64,000 nt of DNA, taken from Schizochytrium sp. TIO01. Taxonomy: Eukaryota; Protista; Bigyra: Labyrinthulomycetes. The translations under genes were made by a program, and so were the position numbers. The first letter of the stretch is position 1. Each line of letters starts with the position of its first letter. This document shows, one piece after another, positions 45,114 through 57,567 of this stretch. Where the stretch lies: positions 4,092,001 to 4,156,000 of the forward strand of contig SMSO01000034.1 in NCBI GenBank assembly GCA_004764695.1, read 5' to 3'. The notes under the pieces are model-generated. The model did no database searches. It was not told the DNA's origin and was given only the letters and a program-made list of their open reading frames with translations.

Positions 45114-48100
45114 CTATTTAAAGCCTGGGACATAGTTGGGGTGAACCACGAGCATGCGTTTCTCCTCTGGGAACATATCCTCATCTTCATCACCATCCTC
45201 ATCATCGCTATCCAGAGGATCTTTAGCTTCATCATCAGCATCCACATCCATCTCCATCAAGATATTATCTGTTTCGACCAAACGTTTGATGATAAGATTA
45301 ATGAGACGTCGCTCAGTTACCAATTGCTCCTCAGTTGTAATGTCCATACGCTGGCTAAGGTAGAAGCGCACAACGTCCCGTTGACGCACGGCAACAACCT
45401 GGGCCTTCGAGGCTCGTGCTGCATCTTCCTTGTTTCTTAGGAAAGTTGCCAACATATTCGCAATCCTCATGTACTCTTCGTAAGTCATGCGGCGGCTTGT
45501 GCTTGCCGTTCCCTGAGCATCGCCAGCCTTCTTCGTTGAGCGTTTACGTTTGCTTGCCTTTTGTTTTTTATCTCCGTTGTTATCGTCATCATTATCATCA
45601 TCGCTCTGGTCATCTTCGGAATCATTATCATGACCTCCACCAGCGCCTCCCTCGCCTCCACCGGGAGTGTCTGGCGACCCACCGCCGTTTGCTTCATCAC
45701 CATAGTTTTCTGTATCGCTATCTTCTTCGTCATCTCCTGCAGTCTCGATAGCATTTACAACGGCACTGCCAGGTTGAGCCTCGGCGCCGGGATCGTCAAA
45801 GCGAACATCTGCTGAGTCCACGTGCACAATACTAGTGCGTAAAAGGTGATATGCCCAGTCCACATAACGTGGACGAACACATTCGTCCAAGTGGAGACGC
45901 GCCAGCGCTTCTGCAAGACGGATAAGAGCCTCAAGCTGTCGGACAGTGATACGGTAGGCACTGCGGTTCTGTCCAGCAGAATCACCCTGGCGCAATTTAC
46001 GATAGCATTCAACTAGCTTCGGTTGGACCTCAGGAGGGATAATAGGCTCAATTGTTCGAGCAAAACGAATGTACATTTGCAATTGTGCTTTGGAAAAAAC
46101 ATGGCCGCGTTGGTTCTCCAGCTGTGACACATCATTATCATGACCTCTCTCGTCATCTGCAGCACCATGGCCCATTGCCGCAGCCATCAATTCTTCAGGT
46201 TCGTCCATGTCCTCAGGATCGCGATCGGCAAGAAGACGATGAATACGGCGCTGGTGAACACGGATAATGTGCTCTGCAATGATTCGGTCTTGGGCCTCAT
46301 CACATTCATCCAGGACGACAAAAAACATATCAAAACGACTCATAATTGGCGCAGACAACTGCACATTTGCACGCAAAGTCTTCGAGCGATCATAACGTCC
46401 GTGTATTGGGTTAGCAGCGGCCAGGATAGATGTGCGGGCATTGAGGGTCGCTTGAATACCAGCTTTGGTGATAGAAATAGTTTGCTGCTCCATAGCTTCG
46501 TGAATAGCCACCTGATCTACATCGTCCATTTTATCAAATTCATCAATGCAGCAGATACCGTTATCTGCAAGCATAAGGGCACCAGCCTCGACACAATATT
46601 CACCAGTTTCTGGGTCTTTGACGACACTAGCCGTTAAACCGGCTGCAGATGATGCCTTACCGGAGGTGTAAATAGCACGTGGAAGAAAGGAACAGACATA
46701 CTTGAGAAACTGAGATTTGGCCGTGGAAGGATCACCTACAATACAAACGTTAATGTCACCACGAAGTTTGATGCCTTCCGGTGTTTTTTTGTGAACGCCA
46801 CCAAAAAGCATAAGCAGGATACCTAATTTGATGTCTTCGTGGCCGAATACTGCAGGTGCAATGCTACGTCGCATCTTTGCCAACAGATTCGGTTGTTGTG
46901 CCATGCGACCAAGCTCTGCAATATCCTCCTCGTTAAACTGACGGCGCACTGACTCGGATGTTTCTTCCTCTAAGCCGTCCGAATTGTATGCTTGCTGTTG
47001 TTGAGTCATGCGCAAAAGGTGTTGCTCCATCGTCATGCTCTCCATATTATTTGCCAGGCCGGTGCCCGGGTCAAAGCGAGCGCTGATGGAGTGCACAGAG
47101 CAGGCCAGAAAAGCTAAACGGTAGGACATTTCACGCACACCCAATGACTTAAGACCTGTAACTCCCTCTGCTTCGTTGCGCTGATTTGCACCACGAGCCT
47201 TCACCAAGCCAGTGCGATCTCCTGGGCTCTTGAGCCGTGAAACATCTGGGATGGCAATCAAAGTGCCTGTAAAAATACACTTATCACCTGGTTTAGCACG
47301 CTCAACGGCCTCGTGGCGAAGAATCACTTCCACGGACCGGGGCATGCTACCGGCGGGCACTTCGTTCGAATTCTCCTGGACACGTAGTTTCTGCCAATCT
47401 ACGAATTTGCTCAGGTTCGGCTGCAGCTGCCACTCACGACGGTTGTCGCACTCAGGGTTTGTGCAAGCAAGGGGTTCTGTGAATTTAAAGTGCTGCTCCA
47501 CGCCTTCGATGCGTCGTGCGCACTTAAGACAATCAAAGGTAGCAAACATCAACTCAGGACGAACTTCCGAGGAGCGAGTTACTGTTCCCGAGATTGAGCA
47601 CAGTTCGCCAATACGGGCAGTGCGAAGGTTGCGAATACGTTCAACTGAAGGAAGGTCATAAAATGCCACAAAGTACTCCTGGCGTTGGCGATCTTCGGAG
47701 TTATCTCCTTCCTCGCCAGTCGCGAGCACAGAGGCAACAAAAGCCTGCAGAGCTTGGTTTAAAAACGGATTGAACTGGTAGTAGCTGGTGAGAATGGCTT
47801 CGGCTAAAACAGCATCCTTCATCATAAGATGCGAGAAATCTACATGTAATGTTGAGTGCTCATTTTTGTGCATCTCTAAAACTTGCTGGCGATACAGCAA
47901 CATTCGCCGCATGCGTCGCCGCGTGCGTTGTTGCCGCTCTTCTTCTGTGAGGGCCATGTCATCCTCGTCCTCGTCTAAGGAACCATCATTATCATTGTCA
48001 TCATCATCATCATCGTCATCACCGAAATCATTGCCATCATCTGCACCCCGACTGCCTCTTAAAAGGTCTCGCATGTTGAAGGACTTGAGGAAGTCGAGGA

Positions 48101-48188
48101 AACGTTCTCGCACAGCATTTCCTGTCTCATTCTGCACAACCTGGGTGTTTTGCACAACCTCGTTCATGCCATAAGGATCCTCCGCCAT
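45114..48188 (-). CDS. MCM6: DNA replication licensing factor MCM6
   Basis: TVTRSSEVRPEL, C4 zinc finger, FVDWQKLRVQENSNEVPAGSMPRS, Walker A GDPSTAKSQFLK, CCIDEFDKMD, SRFD and RITVRQLEALIRLAEA. ATG at 48188. Confidence 0.97.
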   Translation of the reverse strand: MAEDPYGMNEVVQNTQVVQNETGNAVRERFLDFLKSFNMRDLLRGSRGADDGNDFGDDDDDDDDNDNDGSLDEDEDDMALTEEERQQRTRRRMRRMLLYRQQVLEMHKNEHSTLHVDFSHLMMKDAVLAEAILTSYYQFNPFLNQALQAFVASVLATGEEGDNSEDRQRQEYFVAFYDLPSVERIRNLRTARIGELCSISGTVTRSSEVRPELMFATFDCLKCARRIEGVEQHFKFTEPLACTNPECDNRREWQLQPNLSKFVDWQKLRVQENSNEVPAGSMPRSVEVILRHEAVERAKPGDKCIFTGTLIAIPDVSRLKSPGDRTGLVKARGANQRNEAEGVTGLKSLGVREMSYRLAFLACSVHSISARFDPGTGLANNMESMTMEQHLLRMTQQQQAYNSDGLEEETSESVRRQFNEEDIAELGRMAQQPNLLAKMRRSIAPAVFGHEDIKLGILLMLFGGVHKKTPEGIKLRGDINVCIVGDPSTAKSQFLKYVCSFLPRAIYTSGKASSAAGLTASVVKDPETGEYCVEAGALMLADNGICCIDEFDKMDDVDQVAIHEAMEQQTISITKAGIQATLNARTSILAAANPIHGRYDRSKTLRANVQLSAPIMSRFDMFFVVLDECDEAQDRIIAEHIIRVHQRRIHRLLADRDPEDMDEPEELMAAAMGHGAADDERGHDNDVSQLENQRGHVFSKAQLQMYIRFARTIEPIIPPEVQPKLVECYRKLRQGDSAGQNRSAYRITVRQLEALIRLAEALARLHLDECVRPRYVDWAYHLLRTSIVHVDSADVRFDDPGAEAQPGSAVVNAIETAGDDEEDSDTENYGDEANGGGSPDTPGGGEGGAGGGHDNDSEDDQSDDDNDDDNNGDKKQKASKRKRSTKKAGDAQGTASTSRRMTYEEYMRIANMLATFLRNKEDAARASKAQVVAVRQRDVVRFYLSQRMDITTEEQLVTERRLINLIIKRLVETDNILMEMDVDADDEAKDPLDSDDEDGDEDEDMFPEEKRMLVVHPNYVPGFK

Positions 48189-49203
48189 CGTGGGTTTCTG
48201 TGAAAGGAACCACGTCAATTATGGCTGAAGCCCTCAAGTTGTTGTTGTTCTAATAGCTCTTCTCCACAACGGCACCCACGGCCAACGACAAGAGGATGAC
48301 GAACTATCACCAAATCAACGCAGGTGATCGAAGCCGGCCGACGCAGTCAAGCCTCCACGAGGCACAGCAAGAGGTTCTGAGGCACCGCCAAACACAGCTG
48401 CAAGCAACCCCAGGCCTCCCTCGCCTGCGATTCAACTGCCAACTGAAATTGATTGTTGAGCCTTCGATCGCAAAGTTCGTGAGCCAGAACCATAACATAA
48501 CAAACAAAGGCGATGAATTGTTAATATAATCTCCTAAGCTAAACTATATGCCCTCAATAGGGCTCTTGAAAAGTTTTTGTTCTTTAGCTTTTCTAACCAC
48601 GGTTGGACTCTTAGTTATGATTATATGATTATTATGCCTAACCACCATGGTTGCTGTCGAGAAAGGCGAAAAGGGACTTTGAAAATAATACCTAGGTAGT
48701 ACATGATGAAAAGAACAGAACAAAGAGAAACGGGACGCTCAGCATAGGTCTCTAATCATCTGCGAATAAGGGTAATTCCTCAGTTGACGAAATAGAGAAT
48801 GAGGTCTCGAGATGCTCCTCGAAGGAGTGTAATATATATTAAAGTAGGAGAACGCATTCAAAGTAATATGGGTTTAATTTAAAAAGGGCGTAAATTTGTT
48901 CATCCAATTCCATTTTTGCAGGTACACTTTTATTGCGGTTTAACTCAGAAATACTGCAACGTGAGGCAAACATAAAGCAAAATCGACAAGCTATGGCGCT
49001 CATTCCAGGTTACGCACTATAGTAGTTTCAAATCTTGATTGTACTCTTGCTTATTTTGTTTCTAGCTCCACCCCTTTATGCTTTATAGGAAAACTCTGTT
49101 TCTGGGGTTAATGAGTATCATCCAGTATATTTAAACCTGTCTTAAGTCCATGGAGAGCTAGGTTGTCTCACTAATAAGCCTATGAAATCGTGAGAAAGCT
49201 TTA

Positions 49204-51898
49204 CTACATCGTGCCAAAACCCTCGGCATGGTCAATCGCGAGAAGGAGTTTCTGCTTGAGTTGTTCTTGAGAAGTATACTCAGGAAGGATGAGGTAGTTA
49301 AAGCAAGTTGAAGATGTTGGGAGCTGTGTGGAATTGGAATTTTTGGAAATGGTCAACTGAAGGGCGCGCAAACCCCGAATTGGAACCCGGTCAGAGCCTG
49401 TAGTGAACTGCAGAAAGCGCTTCTTTTGTTCCTCGCTAAACTCTTTAACAACCTCCCAGAACATCTTAATCTGCGGAGACTCGGGGGTATAACCTTCGTA
49501 CCGACATGTCGCTTGGAGGTCAGCAAAGTCGAGCTTATCGCTCGTGTTGCCGCATAAGAGAAGTTCCATCTCATCAGGCTTAAAAAGTCGAAGGAGGGTA
49601 TTTTCGCACACGTCGTAAAAACCTTTACGGAATGGCTGAAAAAGGTGCTCCACTGACCGATTGAAATAATAATCTACATAGAGCTGCACATATTCTTCGC
49701 GATTGTCATTTGTGACAGGCTTCTCGCCACCACCGGGTACGAGGTCGACCGTTTTCACTTCGCCAAAAGCATCATATGATACCTGGAAGTTTCGACAGAA
49801 GGTTGCTTCAACGTCACCGTTGAACTTGAGAAGTTCTTTAAGCCCCTTGGCTAGCTGTGGGCTAAGGTCCTCAAGGTCGCTGAGAGTGGGCTCTACACCA
49901 AGAAGTTTCTTGTACATTGCGCGTGGGAAAGTCAGGTCCAGAATCACTCCGTTGTAAATAGCTAGACCGAGAATAATACCCACAAGCTCGAACTTGATCT
50001 TTGGTTCAAATGTATTGGGGTTAAACCAAAGTTTGCGGCTATCTTCATCCATGCTGAACATACCAAAGTTTGGGTCCAAGAGTTGGCGTACCATGAGGAG
50101 AAAAAACTCTTTTTGCACACCTCCTTCGTCTACGCCCTCTTCCCCAACGAAATTCGACTCGTAAGCTTCGTTTGAAATCCTCGGGTGACGAACGTGCAAT
50201 GGCGTTCATCACATCATCTACAAGACTCTCTCTGCGAATGCGAATCCTGAAACTGCTTGGAGATCGTACAGGAATGCCATGACGCGTTTGCAGTGCAGCT
50301 GCATGCGAGTATTGCTGCACGCGAGCTTCAAGTTGCAAAAGACGCGCCTTGCTCCCGGGATCAAGCATGAACGAATTGTCACAGAAGGAATTTCTGCGAC
50401 CACTGTCCAAAGGTTGCCCGGTTGCATCAAAGTGATCTTCAAGCCATGCACGTAGATCGTCACGAAGGAACAATGAGTCCTCTGTTGCAAGCTCATTCAC
50501 AGCACTGTTATAGAACTCCGTATAGTCGTCTATAAAGCGTACCTTAGCAGACTCATTAGCTTCATGGAGCTCTCGGAGAAGAAGGACGCCTTCCTCTAGG
50601 TAGGCGTAATTAACCCTGGCACCGCTGTCTGCGCCCATTGTAGCTGCCAAGGTAATGTACATTTGTGTTTGAGTTACTAAACGGGAAAGATATTCGTTAG
50701 AGCACCGATTCCGCAGAAACCAGCGCAGGTGTGCACGAGCGACTGGCGACCCCTTAATGAGACTTTTAAGAAGGTGAGATTCTGTTCCAAGCATATCTGG
50801 GTCATATTGAAAGGCCTCATACTCAAGTGCTACAAGAGGCACGATGATGCGTCGTTTATTACTGCGCGTATACGGATAACCTAGCTGCGAAGCAAGAGAT
50901 TGAAGTGCGTTTCTCAGCGCGTTATCCACTAGACCCTCCTCGTCCTCCACTGAAGCAAGCACCTCAAACATCTCTACAGCCTTGGCCAGGTCAGGCTCCT
51001 CATCGCCTGTGCGAAAAATTGCAATCAGGTGAAAAGGGTCACTAAACACAGCGCCCACACGGCGAATTAATGGTCTCAAGGTCTCAATAGAGCCATCAAG
51101 GGCTGCAACTAAGCTTTTGAACTCTTCAATGCTTGCCACACTGCCTGAGATTGGCGGGTCCTCAGGTTCCGGGACTGGTCTTATAGGTTCTGTTACCGGT
51201 TGTGGCAATGATCTGGCTTCGGTAGGTTCTGCAGACTTGTTTGAAGAAGAACTGTGTGGCACTGGTGCCGACATGGTGGTATCAGAATCATTCATAGATG
51301 GATTAAATGGCTGGCCGGCTTCTGCGCTGTTTGCAAGGCTAGTTGCAGTATTCGCGACAGTACCCTGATCCGATTGTGACGAAGATGCAGCCGTGCTGGT
51401 TGGAGCAGCGATAGGTGCCATTATGGATGTGTCCGCTTCGTCGTCTGAAACGTGATCATCTGCGACGGACATTTCTTCGTCATCGTTATTATCACCGTCG
51501 TTAGTTCTGTCTTCGCCACCATTTCTGTGATGGCGTTCACTTTCCCTTGCGGACTGCGTGGTACTCTGATTAGGTCCCATCCCCAGAGCATGAATCGTTG
51601 CAGCTGCAGCTGCATTGGGGCTCGCTCCAGATGCTACAAGGCGAGCAAAATGCTCTTGAAATGCCTTCGCATACTCCTCATTATCTGCAAACGTTCTTGG
51701 CGCAGGTGTCCTTGAAGCTTGACTGCCACTATTGTCAGCACAACTAGGAGAACTCAGGGGTGTTGAAGAAACTGATGAACTTGAAGCCCTGGCCTGCTCC
51801 GTGTTCGGCGACGCCGAGGCAACCGCCGATCCGGTCTGTTCGGATACGTCTTGACCGCCGCCGTCCTCGCGCCCATCGCCGTTCTCGTCCACCTCCAT
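49204..51898 (-). CDS. HECT E3 ubiquitin ligase (UBE3A/HERC-type HECT), split by a +1 frameshift at 50149-50152
   Basis: The N-terminal ORF ends ...IRRESLVDD...EDFKRSLRVEF and the +1 frame continues VGEEGVDEGGVQKEFF...LGLAIYNG...FLQFTTGSDRVP...LPTSSTCFN (catalytic Cys)...EGFG. The joined product is about 897 aa from ATG 51898. Confidence 0.9.
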
Positions 51899-52831
51899 GG
51901 TCCCTGGCGAAGGAAGGCCGCTCCTGACCGAAGACAACAAGTCCAAAGCTTGCAGCGTTTTCCGTTCTGCCGCTGTTGTGTCACTAATTAACCGTGCTTC
52001 AATTTCGCCCTTTTCGATGATCTTTCTTCTTCTTTTCTTTGGTCCTTCTGTCTACTTTTATTATGGGACAGAATAAAATTTCAGATTTTCATTGCTGTTT
52101 TCCGGTCAAAATAAACATGAGAGCGTTGAAGATCGGAGACTTCAATCCAGACCAAGCGAGAATTGGTTGCGACCACGTTGAGGACTGCATTTGAGAGAAT
52201 CCGTGCTGAGTCGCGAACTTGCCAAACTAAGACTTAACACAGCCTTGATCGGTCTCTAATGTATCGACGTTGCACCAGGTATTACCAAAACCTTGTTTGA
52301 TAGAGATGGCTTCTCTGTGATTCACCGTCTCTCACTCTACTAGGCGTGTAGCTAGCTACTACTACTGCTACTACCTATACCCGCCTTCTATTCTGACAAG
52401 GACAAGTGGGTTAAAATATAGATAGCCTACTTGTTCTGATAATACTTCACTTGTTTGGTTTGGGGATAAAGAGAGCTATATTTCTTTCCTCTGCTCAAGT
52501 AACTTAAAGTGTTAAAAAAATTTAAGCATAAAAAATCATTTAATAGAATTTAAATAATAATGATAATAATATTGAAGAAGGCGATTGATCGATCAAATTG
52601 ATCTAAAGACTCAACTCGACTGATCTTGGCACCTCCTCGCGCTGCTCTGCAGGATCCGCATCTACATCCTCTTCTGGCCGCAGCCGCCCACATCTCTCAC
52701 GGCCGGTTTGTTTACTGCTGTTGGAAGGTATCAGGCGAAGAAGAAGAAGGAGAAGGAGAAGCAGAAGCAGAAGAAAGCGACTCAGCTTTGTACCTTGCCG
52801 GTCAACCTTCGCGTTACTTCGCTTGAAAACC

Positions 52832-53911
52832 ATGGAGGTGCTTGACCCCGTGGTCCGGACGCTTCGGGAGTGCGGAATTGAAATTTTGGAGCCCCGTCAA
52901 CAGAAATCGCTCACGCCCATGCATAGAGCTGTCGTCCTTGGCCAAGTGGATCGCCTTGAAGAGTTTAGGGATGATCTCAACGCTCGCGATTGCTTTGGAT
53001 ATACTCCTCTTCATCTTGCCGTACTTTGCGGAAATCTTGATGTAGTCAAAGATCTTGTGGCCTTGAAAGCAGATATCGATGCTCAAGACAAGACTGTGGA
53101 AGGGTACACTCCTCTGCACATTGCTTGCAAAGAAGGTAATTGCGCAATTGCAGATGCTCTCGCAGCAGGGGATTTCGACCCGAATATGGCTTCGAGAAGA
53201 CATGGGTCCGCCTTGCATCTTGCGATCCGAGCGCAGAACTCATGGCTTGTAAAATGGCTAGTCAATAGTCGGAATGCGAATGTAAATGCTAAGGATAGCA
53301 GTGGTCGCCGACCTCTGCACCTTATATCACTAGATCCTATGCTCTTCGGTAAACCCTTCAAGAAGAATGACATAACCCACGAACTTGTCTCGGCCTTGTG
53401 CATGGGATCTTCAAAGCTCAGCGTAGATGTGTTGGATAATGATGGGTGTACGCCGCTACATTACGCAGCGATGACTGGTAATGCACCAGTGGTGATAGCA
53501 CTGCTGAAGCTCAAAGCGGATGTGAATCTTGCGGATCCAAATGGACGCACTGCGTTGCATTATGCCGTTTGTGGAGAAACTGTAGCCACAGATTCGGGCG
53601 CAGAGTCGTGCGTGAGCCTCCTCATTGCAGGAGGTGCCAAACTCAGGGTTCGAGATAAGCTTGGCCAAACGCCCGAGGATGTCATTGAAGTATTGCTCAC
53701 CTCGAGGGTGTGGCGTGCGCGTGAAATGACCGTGCTTAAGCTGGCTTTGACCCGTTTAGTAAAAGCGTACGAGGCCGGTGTAAAAGCAGCCGATGCTGAG
53801 CGCGCTTCAGCAGCTGCCGCAGAGGAATTGCTCAGACAAGAGGACGAAGAGTCTCTCGCACGCACAAATTCCACAGGGTCGTCGCGCAAATCTTCAGGGA
53901 AACGCAAGTAA
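52832..53911 (+). CDS. Ankyrin-repeat protein
   Basis: Multiple G-TPLH-A repeats (GYTPLHLA, GYTPLHIA, GSALHLA, GRRPLHL, GCTPLHYA, GRTALHYA). First ATG at 52832. Confidence 0.92.
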   Translation: MEVLDPVVRTLRECGIEILEPRQQKSLTPMHRAVVLGQVDRLEEFRDDLNARDCFGYTPLHLAVLCGNLDVVKDLVALKADIDAQDKTVEGYTPLHIACKEGNCAIADALAAGDFDPNMASRRHGSALHLAIRAQNSWLVKWLVNSRNANVNAKDSSGRRPLHLISLDPMLFGKPFKKNDITHELVSALCMGSSKLSVDVLDNDGCTPLHYAAMTGNAPVVIALLKLKADVNLADPNGRTALHYAVCGETVATDSGAESCVSLLIAGGAKLRVRDKLGQTPEDVIEVLLTSRVWRAREMTVLKLALTRLVKAYEAGVKAADAERASAAAAEELLRQEDEESLARTNSTGSSRKSSGKRK

Positions 53912-54565
53912 TGAAAAACCAACCATTCTGCCCTCCATTACTGCGTCTACAAACCACCACAATAATGAAAAGCAACGTGAATCATGGATACAACTAGTTT
54001 GTAAGACCGCTGTTTCAAGATCTGTCAGTCTGTAGAGGTCAAAAAAGTCTTTTTGTGGCTGTTAAAGCATAATTGTGACAGCATATTGAGAGGAAAGCAT
54101 CTGCCCATCCCTTTTAGTTACTTAACCTTAATCTTGCTTGTCATGTATTCAATTTTATATAATCCAAGTAAATATATAGGTCATTGGACCAAGACTCAAT
54201 TTGAAGTATATTATTTAACATTTATTGTTGCGCAGGATAGTTGATATTTCACAATCCCATTTCATCGTCAGATAGAATTCAACATCTTGGTGGAGGCCAT
54301 TTTCATTATAAGTAAAATATTGATTTAGTAACAATAAGAAGTGGAATTCAGCGCTTCACTCGAATCGCCAAAAGGTCTCTTGATGGGCTCAACTAATAAA
54401 TGCAGGGAAACAAACGCAAAACTTGAGTGAGCTTTTTTTGTTGGTTTATCGACACTGCGATGGAGTATAAGAAAATTCACAGTGCATTTCTAATAACTTC
54501 GCTAGCCAGTCTTACTTCAGAAAACAACATGTTATTCATGGATGTTGCTGCTGTGAAGAATCTAT

Positions 54566-55240
54566 TCAGGCAACCTTCTTGAGCAGATCCTGAGTCATCT
54601 TGACAGGCATGCCCTGGACACTCTCAAACTCGCCTTCAAGGTCACCAAGGTAGGGTTCAAGCAGAGGATCTTCAGCAACAAAAGACCCCGCGCAATACAT
54701 GATATCACCCTTGGCAATAAGAGCATCTGCAACGTCATCCGGAATGGGCTTGAAGAACTGTTTAGCCACATCAACGCCATTGGCACGCTCACCAGTTTTA
54801 AGGTTAGTCACAACGAGACCAGTAGTGCACTCGGCAGGCTTGCCGTTTGCACCGTAGCTTTGCAGATGAGATTTAGCCTGAGCCACATCTTCAGGTTTCT
54901 CGCGAATGGTACCATCAAAGACGATGACTTGATCTGCACAGATGAGTAAATCTGGCTTTGCAGAACCCTCAGGTTTGGCATCGAGAATCTCTAGCAGACG
55001 GTCAGTCTTCGCCTGGGCAATTGCAGTGACGAGTTCATGGGGGTCTTCCCTGCGAATAGCCTTTTCGTCGATATCAGGGGCAATCTGCTCAGGAAAGAGC
55101 GTGAAGCCCTCCGGAAGGGTGCCCGCCACGAGTTTCGCGCGCCATTTCGACGATGAGCCTAGCATGACGGTCTTGACGGAGGCAGGTTCCGAAGAAGGCG
55201 GTTGGGCAGAGACTCCCGAGGTTTCGTTAGCGTCGCTCAT
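54566..55240 (-). CDS. maf: Maf-family nucleoside triphosphate pyrophosphatase (7-methyl-GTP pyrophosphatase-like)
   Basis: LGSSSKWR, PDIDEKAIR, AQAK, ICADQV, IREKP, CAGSF and SVQGMP. Confidence 0.92.
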   Translation of the reverse strand: MSDANETSGVSAQPPSSEPASVKTVMLGSSSKWRAKLVAGTLPEGFTLFPEQIAPDIDEKAIRREDPHELVTAIAQAKTDRLLEILDAKPEGSAKPDLLICADQVIVFDGTIREKPEDVAQAKSHLQSYGANGKPAECTTGLVVTNLKTGERANGVDVAKQFFKPIPDDVADALIAKGDIMYCAGSFVAEDPLLEPYLGDLEGEFESVQGMPVKMTQDLLKKVA

Positions 55241-57505
55241 TGTGCTCGTTCCTGTGATTTCAGACGTTCTTAAGGAGGCTGAGATTGAAGTTACGAGACT
55301 ATCGAAGTGACCTCTGTTCTATATGAGATATTTCATAGAAATTGCAAAGAAATTCGCCACACGTAAGTGATCAAAACAATTTCATAAATTTAAGTGCAAC
55401 GCAAAGATGAAGCTGAGTGGAATTGGGGTTGTGCCTTCACGCCCTGCATCGGTTCCTTAGGCTTGGATGGCAGGCAATCAATGTCGAGTGTGCGCGTTTT
55501 GCGCGTTTCCTCGTGCTTTAAAAAGAAACAAGAATATGAACTCTAAAAAAAGACCATTTTCTTGAGATTCGACTGATCAATAGAACTAACAAGATGAGCA
55601 AATTTGCAAATATTCATGCAATCTGAGGTTGCGATACGTCAAAAGCGTTTCGATTCCGCCAACCCAATGGAGAGAAATCTAATCGCCGGGGATTCTCGCA
55701 ATATACTCTCTTATTCTGGTGCATTATGCATAAGCACTTTAGCCGGAGTTCTAGAATCGCAAGCTAGTCTTCTGGGTCTCCTATTTCTGCACAGCCCACA
55801 TCCACGGATTCCTTACCACACAAAGCAAATGAAATGTTTGAAGGTTGATGAGTTCAATCGTATGTCCTTGAAGCGGACTTGCGGCTGCACGATCCTTAGC
55901 AGTTCTCGGACCCTTTCCCGCGGTGAGTGCGATGTTCTATGTGCTGTTCTGAAAAGCTTTTGTGAAGTTTGATTGCCACAGCAATAAATTTTAATCCACC
56001 ATCGATCCAAGTACTGCTGCAGAAATCATACCGTGACACAGTCTAGTTGTTACAGAAATTTCAGTAGATTCTTCTTAAAGAAGGAGGCACTAGCATCGAG
56101 AGCAGCATCAAATTTGTTCGTCGCGCCTCGGACGACAGCCGTCATAGATTGCTGCCAGTAAACTTGGGTAAATTATTTGTAAAAATGTTCATTGATTAAC
56201 AGGTACCTACCTATAGTACTTTGGTAGGCATGCAGGTACTCGATTTGTTTTTATTCTCATTCCAAGTGGAGAGTCTCTTTCCTTATGATGTGGTGATACG
56301 AACCATCACATAATTAAAGCGATAGATCCTAGATTCTCAACCAACAAACTCTCCGAGCTCTAGAGACGCACTTCCACGCTCGTCTTATTTCGCAACATGC
56401 CTGAAACGAGCTCAGACTGCTTAAACGGCCCTAAGATAATCATAATAATCATCATCATCGATAACAAAGCTCTCTTTCTGTTTACCCTTTAGATTTATTT
56501 ATCCATTAAGAATAAAGCGGCACCAGTACATACTTTACCTCCTTTTTACCTACTAAGAAATACAAAGAAAGAGCGCTGTTTCGGAATTGTGCGGCGCCGA
56601 GCCCACCCCAACCCTCGTGTTGCTATCACGCTGAGCACTATGGGCATCACTCCAATTACAGTGGTTGTGCTGCGGCTGAGGCTATACTCTACTGTGTGGT
56701 TTGTATACTTCACTTTGCGTGGAGATCGCACAAATGGAGTATTCCTTACTACCTACTCCCTGCTTTTGCTTGCTTGATTTATATATAGCTGTTGCAGAGT
56801 ATCCGTCTGTCGGTAGAAATAGCTCGCATCTTGGTCATTCGGACTCTTGCTCGTTTCTGCGTTGCTGCTTTTGCATTGGACAGGTTTATCTGATGATCAC
56901 CAACGGGGAGAGCGCCTGATTGCTTGCACACGCTGGTTTTCAGCCCTGCCTCATTGGTTGGGTTGCTCAAAGCTAATTAGATTGTTTGGCTGGGTTGTTT
57001 CCTCAGTTAAGAAGGTGACGGAAAGCAACGGATGCTCTTAATCCATTTGATCAATTGACAACATCAACAAACGGAAGCAGAAACGAAGAAGCAGTGGAAC
57101 TGCGATGTTTGTAAAATTAAAATTACACAAAGCAAGCATAGGCGAATGACATATACACAAACACAAACAAAACAAACGAACGAACGAACGAACGAACAGG
57201 TAATAAGAAGCACATAAACATTAGTTTTATTTACTCATAAAATGAGGTTTCTCTTTATAATCAAAATTACTTAGTGAGTCATTCTACTGCGTATGAATAA
57301 ACAAAAATAAAACAAAGGACCATTGACGAAGAGAAGAAAGAAAAAAGAAAAAGAAGACAGGCCTACCTACACTGAGTAGAACAAAGCGATAGAAGATTAA
57401 AATGAAAGAAAGAAAGAAAGAAAGTATAAGAATGAATGAGGGAAAGTATGAGAGAGAAGGAAAGAGGATGAATGAATGAGTGAGTGATCACCATCAATGA
57501 AGGAG

Positions 57506-57567
57506 AGAATAGAGAATAGAGTAGAATAGAATAGAATAGATAGAGTAGAGAATAGCTAGAATAGATA
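57506..57567. repeat. (AGAAT)-type purine-rich microsatellite upstream of ThrRS
   Basis: Read directly from the sequence. Confidence 0.8.

Noticed and set aside
55604-57041. Short ORFs between Maf and ThrRS
   Set aside because: No codon bias or identifiable domain; they may be decayed sequence but cannot be supported.
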